DNA of 64,000 bases from Endomicrobiales bacterium (GTDB lineage: Bacteria; Elusimicrobiota; Endomicrobiia; Endomicrobiales; JALOBY01): contig CAWCNJ010000009.1 of assembly GCA_963796955.1 (NCBI GenBank), forward strand, positions 30,492 to 94,491. Reading direction: 5' to 3'. A program made the position numbers and the translations under genes. Shown here in pieces: positions 9,769 to 18,397 of this stretch. Position 1 is the stretch's first letter; each line of letters starts with the position of its first letter. The notes beneath the pieces are model-generated. The model searched no databases and had not been told where the DNA came from. It worked only from the letters and a program-made list of their open reading frames with translations.

Positions 9769-9991
9769 TAGAGTGTCCTCCGTGGCACCTCTGTCGAGGC
9801 AGCGATTTTTTTAATATAATACATATCGTAAACTCTGTTAATGCGCTGATTCCCTCATATAATGGCTTTGTCGCCTGGTTTTCTGAATACAAAGTGGATA
9901 AAAGACAGTTATCGATGGAGTCAGCCCATCATGAGAGAACATCGTCTCAGCTATAATATCGATCGAAAGATCACCGGTTTTCCTGGAGACG

Positions 9992-11209
9992 ATGAACAAT
10001 ATGAGAGTGCTATTGATAGAAGATAATGCTGACGACGCACGGCTTGTGGCTGAATTGCTTAACGTCCGTTCTGAAATCGGTTTCAAACTTACGGTCTGCG
10101 AAACTCTCGGCGGGGGAATGGCGGAGCTTGCGGCGGGCCAGTTCGATGTCGTTATCTCGGACTTGAATTTGCCGGACAGCTCGGGTCTCGCCGGTATAGA
10201 GACGCTTGCGGTCGTCAACGCCGCCGTTCCGATAATCGTTCTGACAGGTAACAGCGATGAGACCCTGGGTATCCAGGCCCTGCAAAAAGGTGCCGCCGAT
10301 TATCTGGTAAAGGGCCAGGTCACCGCGAATTTGATAAGCCGCAGTATCAGATATGCCATCGAAAGAAAATATGAAACAATTAAGCTGATAGAGGCAAGCC
10401 GCATCGCCGACGAACGGGCAACCGCGCTTAAAGATCTTACCGATGACCTGGAAAATATCGTGGAACAAAGGACCTGTCAGCTGCTTAAAGCAAGCGCAGA
10501 GCTGGAGCGTTCCCGAAGGATGGCTGATGTCGGCCGCCTGGCTTCGACCATTTCACACGAGTTGCGCAATCCACTCGCGGCTATCAAGCTGGCGGCGTAT
10601 AACCTGCAGAGAAAAACGAACGACCCCTCGCTTATACCTCACCTGAACAATATCAATAAAAAGATCAATGAGGGCGATACTATCATTCAAAACCTTCTCA
10701 GTTTCGCCCATACCAGGACGGATAACTTCGAAAATGTTGTTCTCAATACTCTGCTGGAGGAATGCATCGCCAATGTCCATGGGAAATACCAGTCGCACCA
10801 AACGGTATTAAAAAAAGACGTCGGTGTCGGTTCGCATGATACTATCGAGGCCGATCCGGTGCAGCTGCGTATCATGCTCTCTAATATTATTGACAACGCT
10901 TTCCAGTCCCTGCCGGACCAGAAGGGGACGGTTTCTGTCGCTGCCGGCATAATGGGACCGTCGTACATCATCTCTATCTCCGACACAGGCGTGGGAATAG
11001 AACCGGAAAATATCGACAAAGTTTACGAGCCGTTCTACACGACAAAATCCAAAGGCACCGGACTCGGTCTTGCCGTCTGTAAGGATATTATCGAGAGCCA
11101 TCACGGTGCGATAGAACTTCGCAGCGAGCCTCATAAAGGGACCACGTTCATTGTCACACTGCCCGTCAGACAGCCGAAAGATCAAAAACACCTGCTTAAA
11201 AGTGAATGA
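9992..11209 (+). CDS. Hybrid sensor histidine kinase (N-terminal receiver + HisKA + HATPase_c)
   Basis: REC: VLLIEDN...DLNLPDSSG...K. H-box STISHELRNPLAAI. N/G boxes NIIDNAF, DTGVGI, GTGLGLAV. Confidence 0.85.
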   Translation: MNNMRVLLIEDNADDARLVAELLNVRSEIGFKLTVCETLGGGMAELAAGQFDVVISDLNLPDSSGLAGIETLAVVNAAVPIIVLTGNSDETLGIQALQKGAADYLVKGQVTANLISRSIRYAIERKYETIKLIEASRIADERATALKDLTDDLENIVEQRTCQLLKASAELERSRRMADVGRLASTISHELRNPLAAIKLAAYNLQRKTNDPSLIPHLNNINKKINEGDTIIQNLLSFAHTRTDNFENVVLNTLLEECIANVHGKYQSHQTVLKKDVGVGSHDTIEADPVQLRIMLSNIIDNAFQSLPDQKGTVSVAAGIMGPSYIISISDTGVGIEPENIDKVYEPFYTTKSKGTGLGLAVCKDIIESHHGAIELRSEPHKGTTFIVTLPVRQPKDQKHLLKSE

Positions 11210-11322
11210 AGTCAGCCGAAAACGGATTATTGATATTTCGCTCATTAAATGAATTGTATATCATGTAAACATCAGCCGCTAATTTAATAATTTGAGTTGT
11301 GCGATAATTACGGGAGGGTATT

Positions 11323-12093
11323 GTGCCAGACAAGATACTATTAGTAGATGATGACCAGGTTTCTCGGGAAGAAATGAAGTGCTGTTTAGAAGAATATGAC
11401 GTGATAGAGGCTAAGAACGGTCAGGAGGCGCTCAGCATTTTGAACAAGCCTAACGAAATAGACCTGATGATACTGGACATACGGATGCCGGGTCTCGCGG
11501 GAACGGAAGTGCTGAAGATAATCAAGAAAAAAGAGTCGGCGCCGATCGTTATAATGTTGACGGGATTCAGTTCAACCGATACTGCCGTCGAATCGTTGAG
11601 GGGCCAGGCGGATGAGTACCTGGAAAAACCGATCGATATTGAAAAACTTAAAGCCGTCGTGGCGAAGCTGCTGGAGGCGAAAAAATACAAGAGCGACGAT
11701 ACGGGCGCTGCCGACGTAAATCAGAAGATCGACCGGGTTAAACGGTTCATAGAAAGAAATTGCCTTAAACGGGTGTCCCTGGAAGATGCGGCGAAAACCG
11801 TCGGCTTCAGCCCTAAATATCTGAGCCGGGTTTTCAGCGAAGTGGCCGGGGAAGGGTTCATGGATTACCGTCTTAAGGTTAAGACCAATAAGGCAAAAGA
11901 GCTGCTGGCGGTCAAGGGGTATACCATAAGCGATATCTCCGACAAGCTTGGGTTCATGAACCCGGAATCTTTCATGAGGATATTCAAGAAGATCACCGGC
12001 CTGACACCCACGCAGTACCGCGAGCCTGAGATCAAGCGGCTTGCCAGGCGCGCCCCGGTCGCGAAAAAAGCGGGACGGAAAAAGAAAAAATAG
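11323..12093 (+). CDS. Response regulator with AraC-type HTH output domain and a Lys-rich C-terminal tail
   Basis: REC: ILLVDDD...LDIRMPG...K. AraC HTH: VSLEDAAKTVGFSPKYLSRVF...GYTISDISDKLGFMNPESFMRIFKKITGLTPTQYR. GTG start with GGGAGG upstream. Confidence 0.85.
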   Translation: MPDKILLVDDDQVSREEMKCCLEEYDVIEAKNGQEALSILNKPNEIDLMILDIRMPGLAGTEVLKIIKKKESAPIVIMLTGFSSTDTAVESLRGQADEYLEKPIDIEKLKAVVAKLLEAKKYKSDDTGAADVNQKIDRVKRFIERNCLKRVSLEDAAKTVGFSPKYLSRVFSEVAGEGFMDYRLKVKTNKAKELLAVKGYTISDISDKLGFMNPESFMRIFKKITGLTPTQYREPEIKRLARRAPVAKKAGRKKKK

Positions 12094-12096
12094 AAC

Positions 12097-13281
12097 ATGC
12101 CTGCCCACGAACTATCACTCCAGGATTCTGCCACGACTGAAGAACAATGCCAGCAACAGGCCGCGCTCCTGCAGGAGCAGGCCAGGATGCTGGAACAGGC
12201 TCAGATTATTGTCTGGAATGATACGGACGGGATCACCCAGTGGACACGCGGCGCCGAGCTGCTCTATGGGTGGAGTAAGTCGGAAGCCGTCGGTAAAAAA
12301 CCGTTCGAGCTGCTGAAAACGATGACACCCAGGCCTGTTGAAGACATTATGTCCGATGTGGTAAGCGACCAGCGTTGGGAAGGCGAGCTGTTGAACACGA
12401 GAAAAGACGGTCACCAGATAACGGTCGCCAGTTGCTGGGCGCTGAACCGCGACCGGGCCGGGCGGACCACGATCATCGAGTCAGACAGCGATATAACCAG
12501 GCTGAAAGTGTATGAACTTGCCTTGAGCAGGGACAAGGATGCTTTCGAAAAAATGGTCGCCGACAAAACGCGCGAACTGGTTTCAACACAGATGGAACTG
12601 GAGCGCACCCGGCGGCTTTCGGATATAGGCACGCTGGCCGCGACGGTGGCGCACGAATTAAGGAACCCTCTCGGGGTTATACGGACCGCGGTCTACAACA
12701 TCAAACGCAAGGCCCATAATCCGCTGCTGGACGGCCACATAGGCAACATCGAGAAGAAAATTCTGGAAGGCGATCAGATAATCAACAACCTGTTGGGCTA
12801 TTCCCGGATCAGAACGCCCCAGTACGAAAAGATAAAACTGTACGACGTTCTGGATGAATGCGTAAACATCGCCCGGGAACGTTTTGAGAAAAAACATATT
12901 CTTTTCATCAAGGATGCCGAATCCATACGGGAGCAGTTCATGGACGGCGATCATTTTCAGCTGCGTGAAGTGCTGAATAATATACTTGATAACGCGGGCC
13001 AGGCGGTCGAAGCCGGCAAGGGAGTTATCAAAGTTTCAGCGCATACCGATACTGCCGGCTGTATGATCCTGACGATTACCGACAACGGTTCCGGTATCGA
13101 CGGGGCGGACATCGGCAGGTTGTTCGAGCCGTTCTTTACGAGAAAGTCCAAAGGCACGGGTCTTGGCCTGACGGTTTGCAAAGAGATGATAAGCCTGCAC
13201 CACGGGGATATAAGAATAGGCAGTGAACCAAGCAAGGGGACGACCGTAACTATTACGTTGCCATTGGAGAGAGCGACATGA
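12097..13281 (+). CDS. PAS-domain sensor histidine kinase
   Basis: PAS-like WTRGAELLYGWSKSEAVGKKPFELL...WEGELLNTRKDG. H-box VAHELRNPLGVI. NILDNAG, DNGSGI, GTGLGLTV. Confidence 0.85.
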   Translation: MPAHELSLQDSATTEEQCQQQAALLQEQARMLEQAQIIVWNDTDGITQWTRGAELLYGWSKSEAVGKKPFELLKTMTPRPVEDIMSDVVSDQRWEGELLNTRKDGHQITVASCWALNRDRAGRTTIIESDSDITRLKVYELALSRDKDAFEKMVADKTRELVSTQMELERTRRLSDIGTLAATVAHELRNPLGVIRTAVYNIKRKAHNPLLDGHIGNIEKKILEGDQIINNLLGYSRIRTPQYEKIKLYDVLDECVNIARERFEKKHILFIKDAESIREQFMDGDHFQLREVLNNILDNAGQAVEAGKGVIKVSAHTDTAGCMILTITDNGSGIDGADIGRLFEPFFTRKSKGTGLGLTVCKEMISLHHGDIRIGSEPSKGTTVTITLPLERAT

Positions 13282-13667
13282 GCAAAAAGAAACTGCTTAT
13301 TATTGATGATGATGTGGAAATGTGCGAAGAGATCTCGGAGATACTGCGTGATGAAGGGTATGATGTAAGCACTGTTCACGACGGGATCGAGGGCAGGGAA
13401 CTTTTGACCCGCGAGCCTTTTGACCTGGTGCTGCTGGACATAAAGATACCCGGTATGAACGGTTTTGAGGTCTTGAGGTCTATCCGTGATGAAAATATAA
13501 ACGTCAAGGTCATTGTGCTTTCCGGCCGGCCCATGGTCAAAGAACTGAGCGGCCAGGCGTCTGACTACGACGATGAAGAAATGGTCCTGAAAAAAGCCGA
13601 CAGTGTCATGGGCAAACCCTACGATATTACGAAGGTTCTGGAGACAACGAAAAAACTGTTATCCTGA
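13278..13667 (+). CDS. Stand-alone CheY-like receiver protein
   Basis: LLIIDDD...LLDIKIPGMNG...VLSG...KP. ATGA overlap with the upstream kinase gene. Confidence 0.85.
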   Translation: MSKKKLLIIDDDVEMCEEISEILRDEGYDVSTVHDGIEGRELLTREPFDLVLLDIKIPGMNGFEVLRSIRDENINVKVIVLSGRPMVKELSGQASDYDDEEMVLKKADSVMGKPYDITKVLETTKKLLS

Positions 13668-13841
13668 GGTTCATATACAAAAGCGTACCTTTTGCCTCCG
13701 ACCATGAACAACGGCTGGGGGCATTATTGTCGGCAGAGCGTCGGACACCGGAGAATAGTCAGGAAAAAACAGAACCAGCCGATGCTTTCCTGCCGACGGT
13801 TAAGTTAGAATCTGGTTGCACATCCATCCCAGGGGGGAGAA

Positions 13842-14213
13842 ATGAAAAAAAAGCGGATCTTGATCGTTGATGATGATGAAACGTTCCTTGAAGAGCTCAA
13901 CAACACCATGCAGATGTGCGGCTACGATACGATAACCCGCAACAGCGGGAAAACGGTCGTTAAGGACGCCGATGAAAAGAAGCCGGACGTGATCTTGCTG
14001 GATATGAAGATAAACGGGAAAAGCGGTTTCCAGATAGCGGATGACCTGAAACATTTTCCTTCCACATCCAATATCCCGATCGTCGCGATGACCGGGATCT
14101 TCACGGAGCGGCTGCACCGGACTTTTATGAAGGGCCTCGGGATCGATGAATGCGTCCTGAAACCTTTCAATCCCCTGGATATAATCTCGAAAATAGAATT
14201 CTTAACAAAGTAG
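13842..14213 (+). CDS. Stand-alone CheY-like receiver protein
   Basis: ILIVDDD...LLDMKINGKSG...AMTG...KPF. GGGGGAGA SD. Confidence 0.85.
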   Translation: MKKKRILIVDDDETFLEELNNTMQMCGYDTITRNSGKTVVKDADEKKPDVILLDMKINGKSGFQIADDLKHFPSTSNIPIVAMTGIFTERLHRTFMKGLGIDECVLKPFNPLDIISKIEFLTK

Positions 14214-14226
14214 CAATGGAGAGCCT

Positions 14227-14676
14227 ATGAAGCAGACAGTGATGATCATTGATGATGATAAGGTATTGCTGAGCGAGCTTACTGAGGCGCTGGAAGCGAA
14301 CGGTTTTCTGGTACGGCCATTTTCTGACGGTAAAACGGCGCTCGCCGCGGCTCCCAGGATCATGCCGGATATCATTTTGCTGGATCTGAAGATGGATAAG
14401 GTGAGCGGATTTCAGGTGGCAGACAAGCTGAATTGTTCACCTAAGACGGAGAACATACCGATCATAGCCATGACCGGGTATTTCACCCAGGATGAATATT
14501 CACTGATAACCAGGATCTGCGGCATGAAGAAATGCATCAACAAACCGTTTAAAATGGAAGATATTATCGCGGAAGTATCGAGGATACTCGCGGCCCGGGA
14601 TCAAAAAACCGAGCCGGCAAAAAGCGGAGGTGCACAGTATGAAAAAAGCGAAGAGCTCAACAAAATCGAAAAGTAA
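14227..14676 (+). CDS. Stand-alone CheY-like receiver protein with a short acidic/basic C-terminal extension
   Basis: VMIIDDD...LLDLKMDKVSG...AMTG...KPF. Paralogous to the preceding receiver. Confidence 0.85.
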   Translation: MKQTVMIIDDDKVLLSELTEALEANGFLVRPFSDGKTALAAAPRIMPDIILLDLKMDKVSGFQVADKLNCSPKTENIPIIAMTGYFTQDEYSLITRICGMKKCINKPFKMEDIIAEVSRILAARDQKTEPAKSGGAQYEKSEELNKIEK

Positions 14677-14833
14677 AAAACAGCACGCTGAGCAGGGTGA
14701 TAAACTTTCCTGCGAGGAGTGCGGTATGACGGTTATCGTAGAGGATTGCGGAGATAACGAAGACGTGTGCGGCGTCAGCTGCTGCGGTGAGCCCATGCAG
14801 GTGTGTTCCGACGAAGAGGAGCAGGTGGAATAA
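14639..14833 (+). CDS. Small (64 aa) desulforedoxin-like Cys-rich protein with a Lys-rich N-terminal tail
   Basis: GGAGG lies 8 nt before ATG 14639. KLSCEECGMTVIVEDCGDNEDVCGVSCCGEPMQV follows the desulforedoxin/Dfx N-terminal pattern CxxCG..V.V...CCGE.M. The start lies inside the 3' end of the upstream receiver gene. Confidence 0.5.
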   Translation: MKKAKSSTKSKSKKQHAEQGDKLSCEECGMTVIVEDCGDNEDVCGVSCCGEPMQVCSDEEEQVE

Positions 14834-14840
14834 TGAGATC

Positions 14841-14861
14841 CAGTCCCGTTGAGCGGGACTG
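14841..14861 (+). promoter_or_regulatory. Intercistronic stem-loop (8-bp perfect stem, 5-nt loop) between the two small Cys-rich ORFs
   Basis: CAGTCCCG-ttgag-CGGGACTG. No T-tract follows. It ends 2 nt before the GGGGAGA SD of the next ORF. Confidence 0.4.
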
Positions 14862-14875
14862 CCGGGGAGACTAAC

Positions 14876-15061
14876 ATGCAGATCAATATGCACAGGCAGG
14901 ATTTGGATATCGGGTCAAATGTAGAGGAGCTGGAGGTCAGCGCCAGCTGCAGCAATTGCAGCCTGGCTTCCATTGAAGGCGCCTGCAATAAATGTGTCAA
15001 TTGCAGCGAACCGGTCGTAGAGCGTAAACCCAGACGGCCTAAAAAATCGATGTGGCAGTAA
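14876..15061 (+). CDS. Small (61 aa) five-Cys protein/peptide with an Arg/Lys-rich C-terminus
   Basis: GGGGAGA lies 5 nt before ATG 14876. MQINMHRQDLDIGSNVEELEVSASCSNCSLASIEGACNKCVNCSEPVVERKPRRPKKSMWQ, i.e. CxxC...CxxCxxC. Confidence 0.45.
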   Translation: MQINMHRQDLDIGSNVEELEVSASCSNCSLASIEGACNKCVNCSEPVVERKPRRPKKSMWQ

Positions 15062-15083
15062 GCCGTACATGTACGGGGGAAAA

Positions 15084-15293
15084 ATGAACATAAAAATGGG
15101 TGTTTGGATCGATAAGGAGAAAGCCGTGATCACCTCGATCTATGACAAAAACGAAGATGTGCAGTTCGTTGAATCAAAAGCAGGCGATCAGGCCGCGTCC
15201 TATTATAACAACGTTATCGAAAAATTGCGCAAGGCTGAGATGGTGCACATTTTCGGTCCGACAGAACCCAAAACGAGCTGGTTAAATATATGA
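15084..15293 (+). CDS. Hypothetical small protein; possibly extended to 15334 by a missing A in the run 15270-15273
   Basis: GGGGGA SD before ATG 15084. MNIKMGVWIDKEKAVITS...MVHIFGPTEPK. The -1 frame continues NELVKYMKISGLGERISAVV*. Confidence 0.4.
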   Translation: MNIKMGVWIDKEKAVITSIYDKNEDVQFVESKAGDQAASYYNNVIEKLRKAEMVHIFGPTEPKTSWLNI

Positions 15294-15347
15294 AGATATC
15301 AGGCCTCGGCGAGCGTATTTCGGCGGTCGTTTAAGTCAAGACCTGAA

Positions 15348-16775
15348 ATGCGCGTTCTCATCATCAGCTCCAACAGGAACAAAAAACCGGTACCGGTGAT
15401 GCCTTACGGCGCCTGCATGATAGCAGACGCGGCAAGGCGGGCGGGACACGAGGTGCGGTTCCTGGACCTGATGTTCGAGCGCGACGTTGCCGAGGCATTA
15501 GCGTTCGCGTGCAAGTGGAAGCCCGATGTAGCAGGTATATCGCTGAGAAATATCGATAACAATGATATGTACGATCCTGTGGTGTACACGCAGGAACTTG
15601 AGCCGATGATCAACTTTATACGGAGCGCCACGCAGGCCTCAATAGTGATAGGCGGGGCGGCGTGCGGAGTAATGCCTCTTCCTTTACTACGCAGCACCAA
15701 AGCCGATTATCTTATTGCAGGTAACGGCGAGGAAAGCTTTATAGCGCTGCTGGAAAATATAGAATGCAATATCAGACCGGGAAATATCCCCGGTCTAGCC
15801 TGGAATGACGGCGGTAGCGTGCGTTTGGCTCCGGTAGCTTTTAAACCCTATACTGAGTGTGTAGCCCCTGATTTCGCGCGCTGGGTAGATATACGGTCTT
15901 ACCGGGCAGCGAATGTTCCGGCGCCGTTGCAGAGCAAGCGCGGCTGTCCGCTCAACTGTATCTATTGCACGTACAGCCTTTGCGAGGGCAAAGAGTACCG
16001 GCTGGCCTCGCCGGAAAGCGTGGTCATCGCGGTAGAGCGTCTGTTGGACCAGGGGTTCACCGATGTCGATTTTGTGGACAGTGTTTTTAATGCGCCGTAC
16101 GAACACGCGTTGGAAATCTGCGCCGTTCTTTCAAAACATTTCAAGGGCAGGGCCAGGTTCCATACCATGGAACTGAGCCCGCACCATTTGGATGATACGT
16201 TACTTTCCGCCATGACAGACGCCGGTTTTTCTTCGGTCGGTATAACCGCGGAAAGCGCCTCTGATACCGTGCTGCGCAACCTCGGTAAACCGTATACGGT
16301 CAAAGAGATCACGGAGGCGGCACAGTGCGTGCGCAGGCATACGCTGCCCTGTATGTGGATATTCATGCTGGGCGGCCCCGGCGAGACCGCGGAAAGCGTG
16401 CGGGAAACATTCACGTTCGCCAGAGAGCAGGTGCGCCGCAGCGACAGTGTTTTCTTCAACGCGGGTATCCGGATATACCCGGGGACAGTGCTGGAAAAGA
16501 TAGCCCGGCGCGAAGGCGTGCTCACTGTTCCGGCGGAAGAAATGCTTAACCCGGTGTCGTATTGTTCGCCGGGTTTGAACAGGACCTGGCTGGAAGCCGC
16601 CCTGCGCAGACAGGTGCTGCTGCATAAGAATTTTATCGACCCGGATTCCTTCAACATCCCTTTTCTCCCCGCGTTGTCGAAGCTAGCTTCCTTTCTGGGG
16701 ATCCGTTATCCGTTGTGGAAATATACAGGCCAATTACGCATGCTGCTAGGGCGAATACCGGGGGTTTCAACGTGA
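15348..16775 (+). CDS. Cobalamin-binding-domain (class B) radical SAM enzyme
   Basis: N-terminal Rossmann-like region (VLIISSN...PYGACMIADAARRAGHEVRFLD...DVAGISL...IVIGGAA), then the radical SAM motif CPLNCIYC and a TIM-barrel-like body. Confidence 0.75.
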   Translation: MRVLIISSNRNKKPVPVMPYGACMIADAARRAGHEVRFLDLMFERDVAEALAFACKWKPDVAGISLRNIDNNDMYDPVVYTQELEPMINFIRSATQASIVIGGAACGVMPLPLLRSTKADYLIAGNGEESFIALLENIECNIRPGNIPGLAWNDGGSVRLAPVAFKPYTECVAPDFARWVDIRSYRAANVPAPLQSKRGCPLNCIYCTYSLCEGKEYRLASPESVVIAVERLLDQGFTDVDFVDSVFNAPYEHALEICAVLSKHFKGRARFHTMELSPHHLDDTLLSAMTDAGFSSVGITAESASDTVLRNLGKPYTVKEITEAAQCVRRHTLPCMWIFMLGGPGETAESVRETFTFAREQVRRSDSVFFNAGIRIYPGTVLEKIARREGVLTVPAEEMLNPVSYCSPGLNRTWLEAALRRQVLLHKNFIDPDSFNIPFLPALSKLASFLGIRYPLWKYTGQLRMLLGRIPGVST

Positions 16776-17872
16776 AAAATGTCACCGCTTCATCCGTGCA
16801 GGCAAATATGGCTTCGCTTGCCGTGGCCCTGCCGGAGTTAAGTATCAACCAGCGCGAGGCTTTCGGTTTTATTAAAAAGAATTATGAAAAGCGGCTTTCA
16901 AGCCGCGGCATGAAGGTGCTGGAAAAAGTTTTATCACATCCCGGGATAAAAAAAAGATATCTGGCTGTTGATGGCGGCCTTGAGACGATCGTTGATGAGG
17001 ATCCGGACGTTCGGGTAGGCCGCTTCACGCGCCACGCGGTCGCGCTGTCAACACGGGCGGCTGCCTCGGCGCTCAAACGGGCGGGGCTCACCCCCGAGGA
17101 TGTTTCAGCCCTGGTCATCAATACCTGCACCGGATATATTTGTCCGGGGATCTCCTCTTACGTCGCAGAAAACCTCGGGATCTCACCGTCCGCCCGCACG
17201 TTCGATATGGTCGGCAGCGGCTGCGGCGGGGCGCTGCCCAACATCTTCATGAGCCGTTCCCTTGCCCAGGCGGCTGAGGGCGCCGTGGTCAGTGTTTCCG
17301 TTGAGATCAGTTCGGCCGCTTTCCAGATGGGGGAAGACCCGGGATTACTGGTCTCCAACTCTATTTTCGGCGACGGCGCGGCCGCCTCTGTGTGGACGAC
17401 GGAACCGGAACGGCTTTCGGTGCTGGATTACGAATCTTTACTGGTGCCGGAATTTCGTGAGCATATACGTTTTGTGCACCGCAGCGGACAATTGCATAAC
17501 CAGCTGTCCATGAAATTACCCGGCTTAACGGGCGGGCCGGTTGCCGCCCTGGTGCACCGGCTGCTTGAGCGCAATGGCCTGTCTATGAAAGACATAGATC
17601 ATTGGGCGATCCATCCCGGCGGGGAAAAAATTATCAATGCCGTAAAGGCGGGACTGGGTTTGAGCGAAGAACAGTTATCGGCTACCAGGGGCGTTCTTTC
17701 TGATTACGGAAATATGTCGTCGCCGAGCGTTCTGTTCATTCTTGAGAGGCTGGTGCGCGGGCCCATGCGCGCCGGCGACCTTTGCCTTATGATAGCTTTT
17801 GGCGCGGGTTTTTCAGCGTATGCCTGCCTGTTAAAAGCAGGCAGCCGGTTCCCGGCGGCACGTAAGCAGTAA
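16773..17872 (+). CDS. Type III polyketide synthase (chalcone/stilbene synthase superfamily)
   Basis: Triad contexts MVGSGCGGALP (Cys), WAIHPGGEKII (His) and YGNMSSPSVLFIL (Asn). The GTG start overlaps the radical SAM stop (GTGA). Alternative starts are ATG 16808 or 16715. Confidence 0.8.
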
Positions 17873-17908
17873 TGATTTGTTGTTAACCAAAGCAGAAAGG
17901 AGAAATGT

Positions 17909-18349
17909 ATGTGTATTATTCCAATATGTATGTCATTGGTAGGTATGGTGGTGCTGGTTACGCTGGGGTATCTTGCGTTGTGGACGTCAAGCCACGAAAA
18001 CACGGCTAAAGGCCTTGCCGGCTTCGGTAGGGTCATGGCCATAATCCTGTTCGTGTTCGCCGGGTTGGCATTGGTAGGCGGCGCGACCGCGAGCCACATG
18101 TGCATGTGGTATATGGGCAGGGACGGCGGTGCCTGCGTGATGGGCAAATGCATGCCGGGCCATCATATGGGCGCCATGATGAAAGAGAATGAAGAAATGG
18201 AAGAGCATGAGCACATGGGTATGGCGGGCGGCAACGAGCCCATGACCAAAGATAATATGGTTGCGCACCTTAAAATGATGCGGGACCAGAACCCGGACGT
18301 GTTCAATCAAAGCATGACCGAGCTGAACAAACCTCAAAACAAGAAATGA
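17909..18349 (+). CDS. Two-TM membrane protein with a Met/His/Cys-rich soluble tail (putative Cu/soft-metal binding)
   Basis: AAAGGAGAA SD. SHMCMWYMGRDGGACVMGKCMPGHHMGAMMKENEEMEEHEHMGMAGG. Confidence 0.5.
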   Translation: MCIIPICMSLVGMVVLVTLGYLALWTSSHENTAKGLAGFGRVMAIILFVFAGLALVGGATASHMCMWYMGRDGGACVMGKCMPGHHMGAMMKENEEMEEHEHMGMAGGNEPMTKDNMVAHLKMMRDQNPDVFNQSMTELNKPQNKK

Positions 18350-18397
18350 CGTTCCGGGCATTGTGCTCCGTTTGGGAGCGCGACATTGGTGGTTATT

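Noticed and set aside
15962-16657. 231-aa minus-strand ORF (and 16200..16625)
   Set aside because: Antisense shadow ORFs inside the radical SAM gene. Low-complexity Ser/Arg-rich translations.
17704-18153. 149-aa minus-strand ORF (and 17987..18361)
   Set aside because: Antisense to the PKS 3' end and to the Met/His-rich gene. Its His/Met richness simply mirrors the sense-strand CAT/ATG codons.
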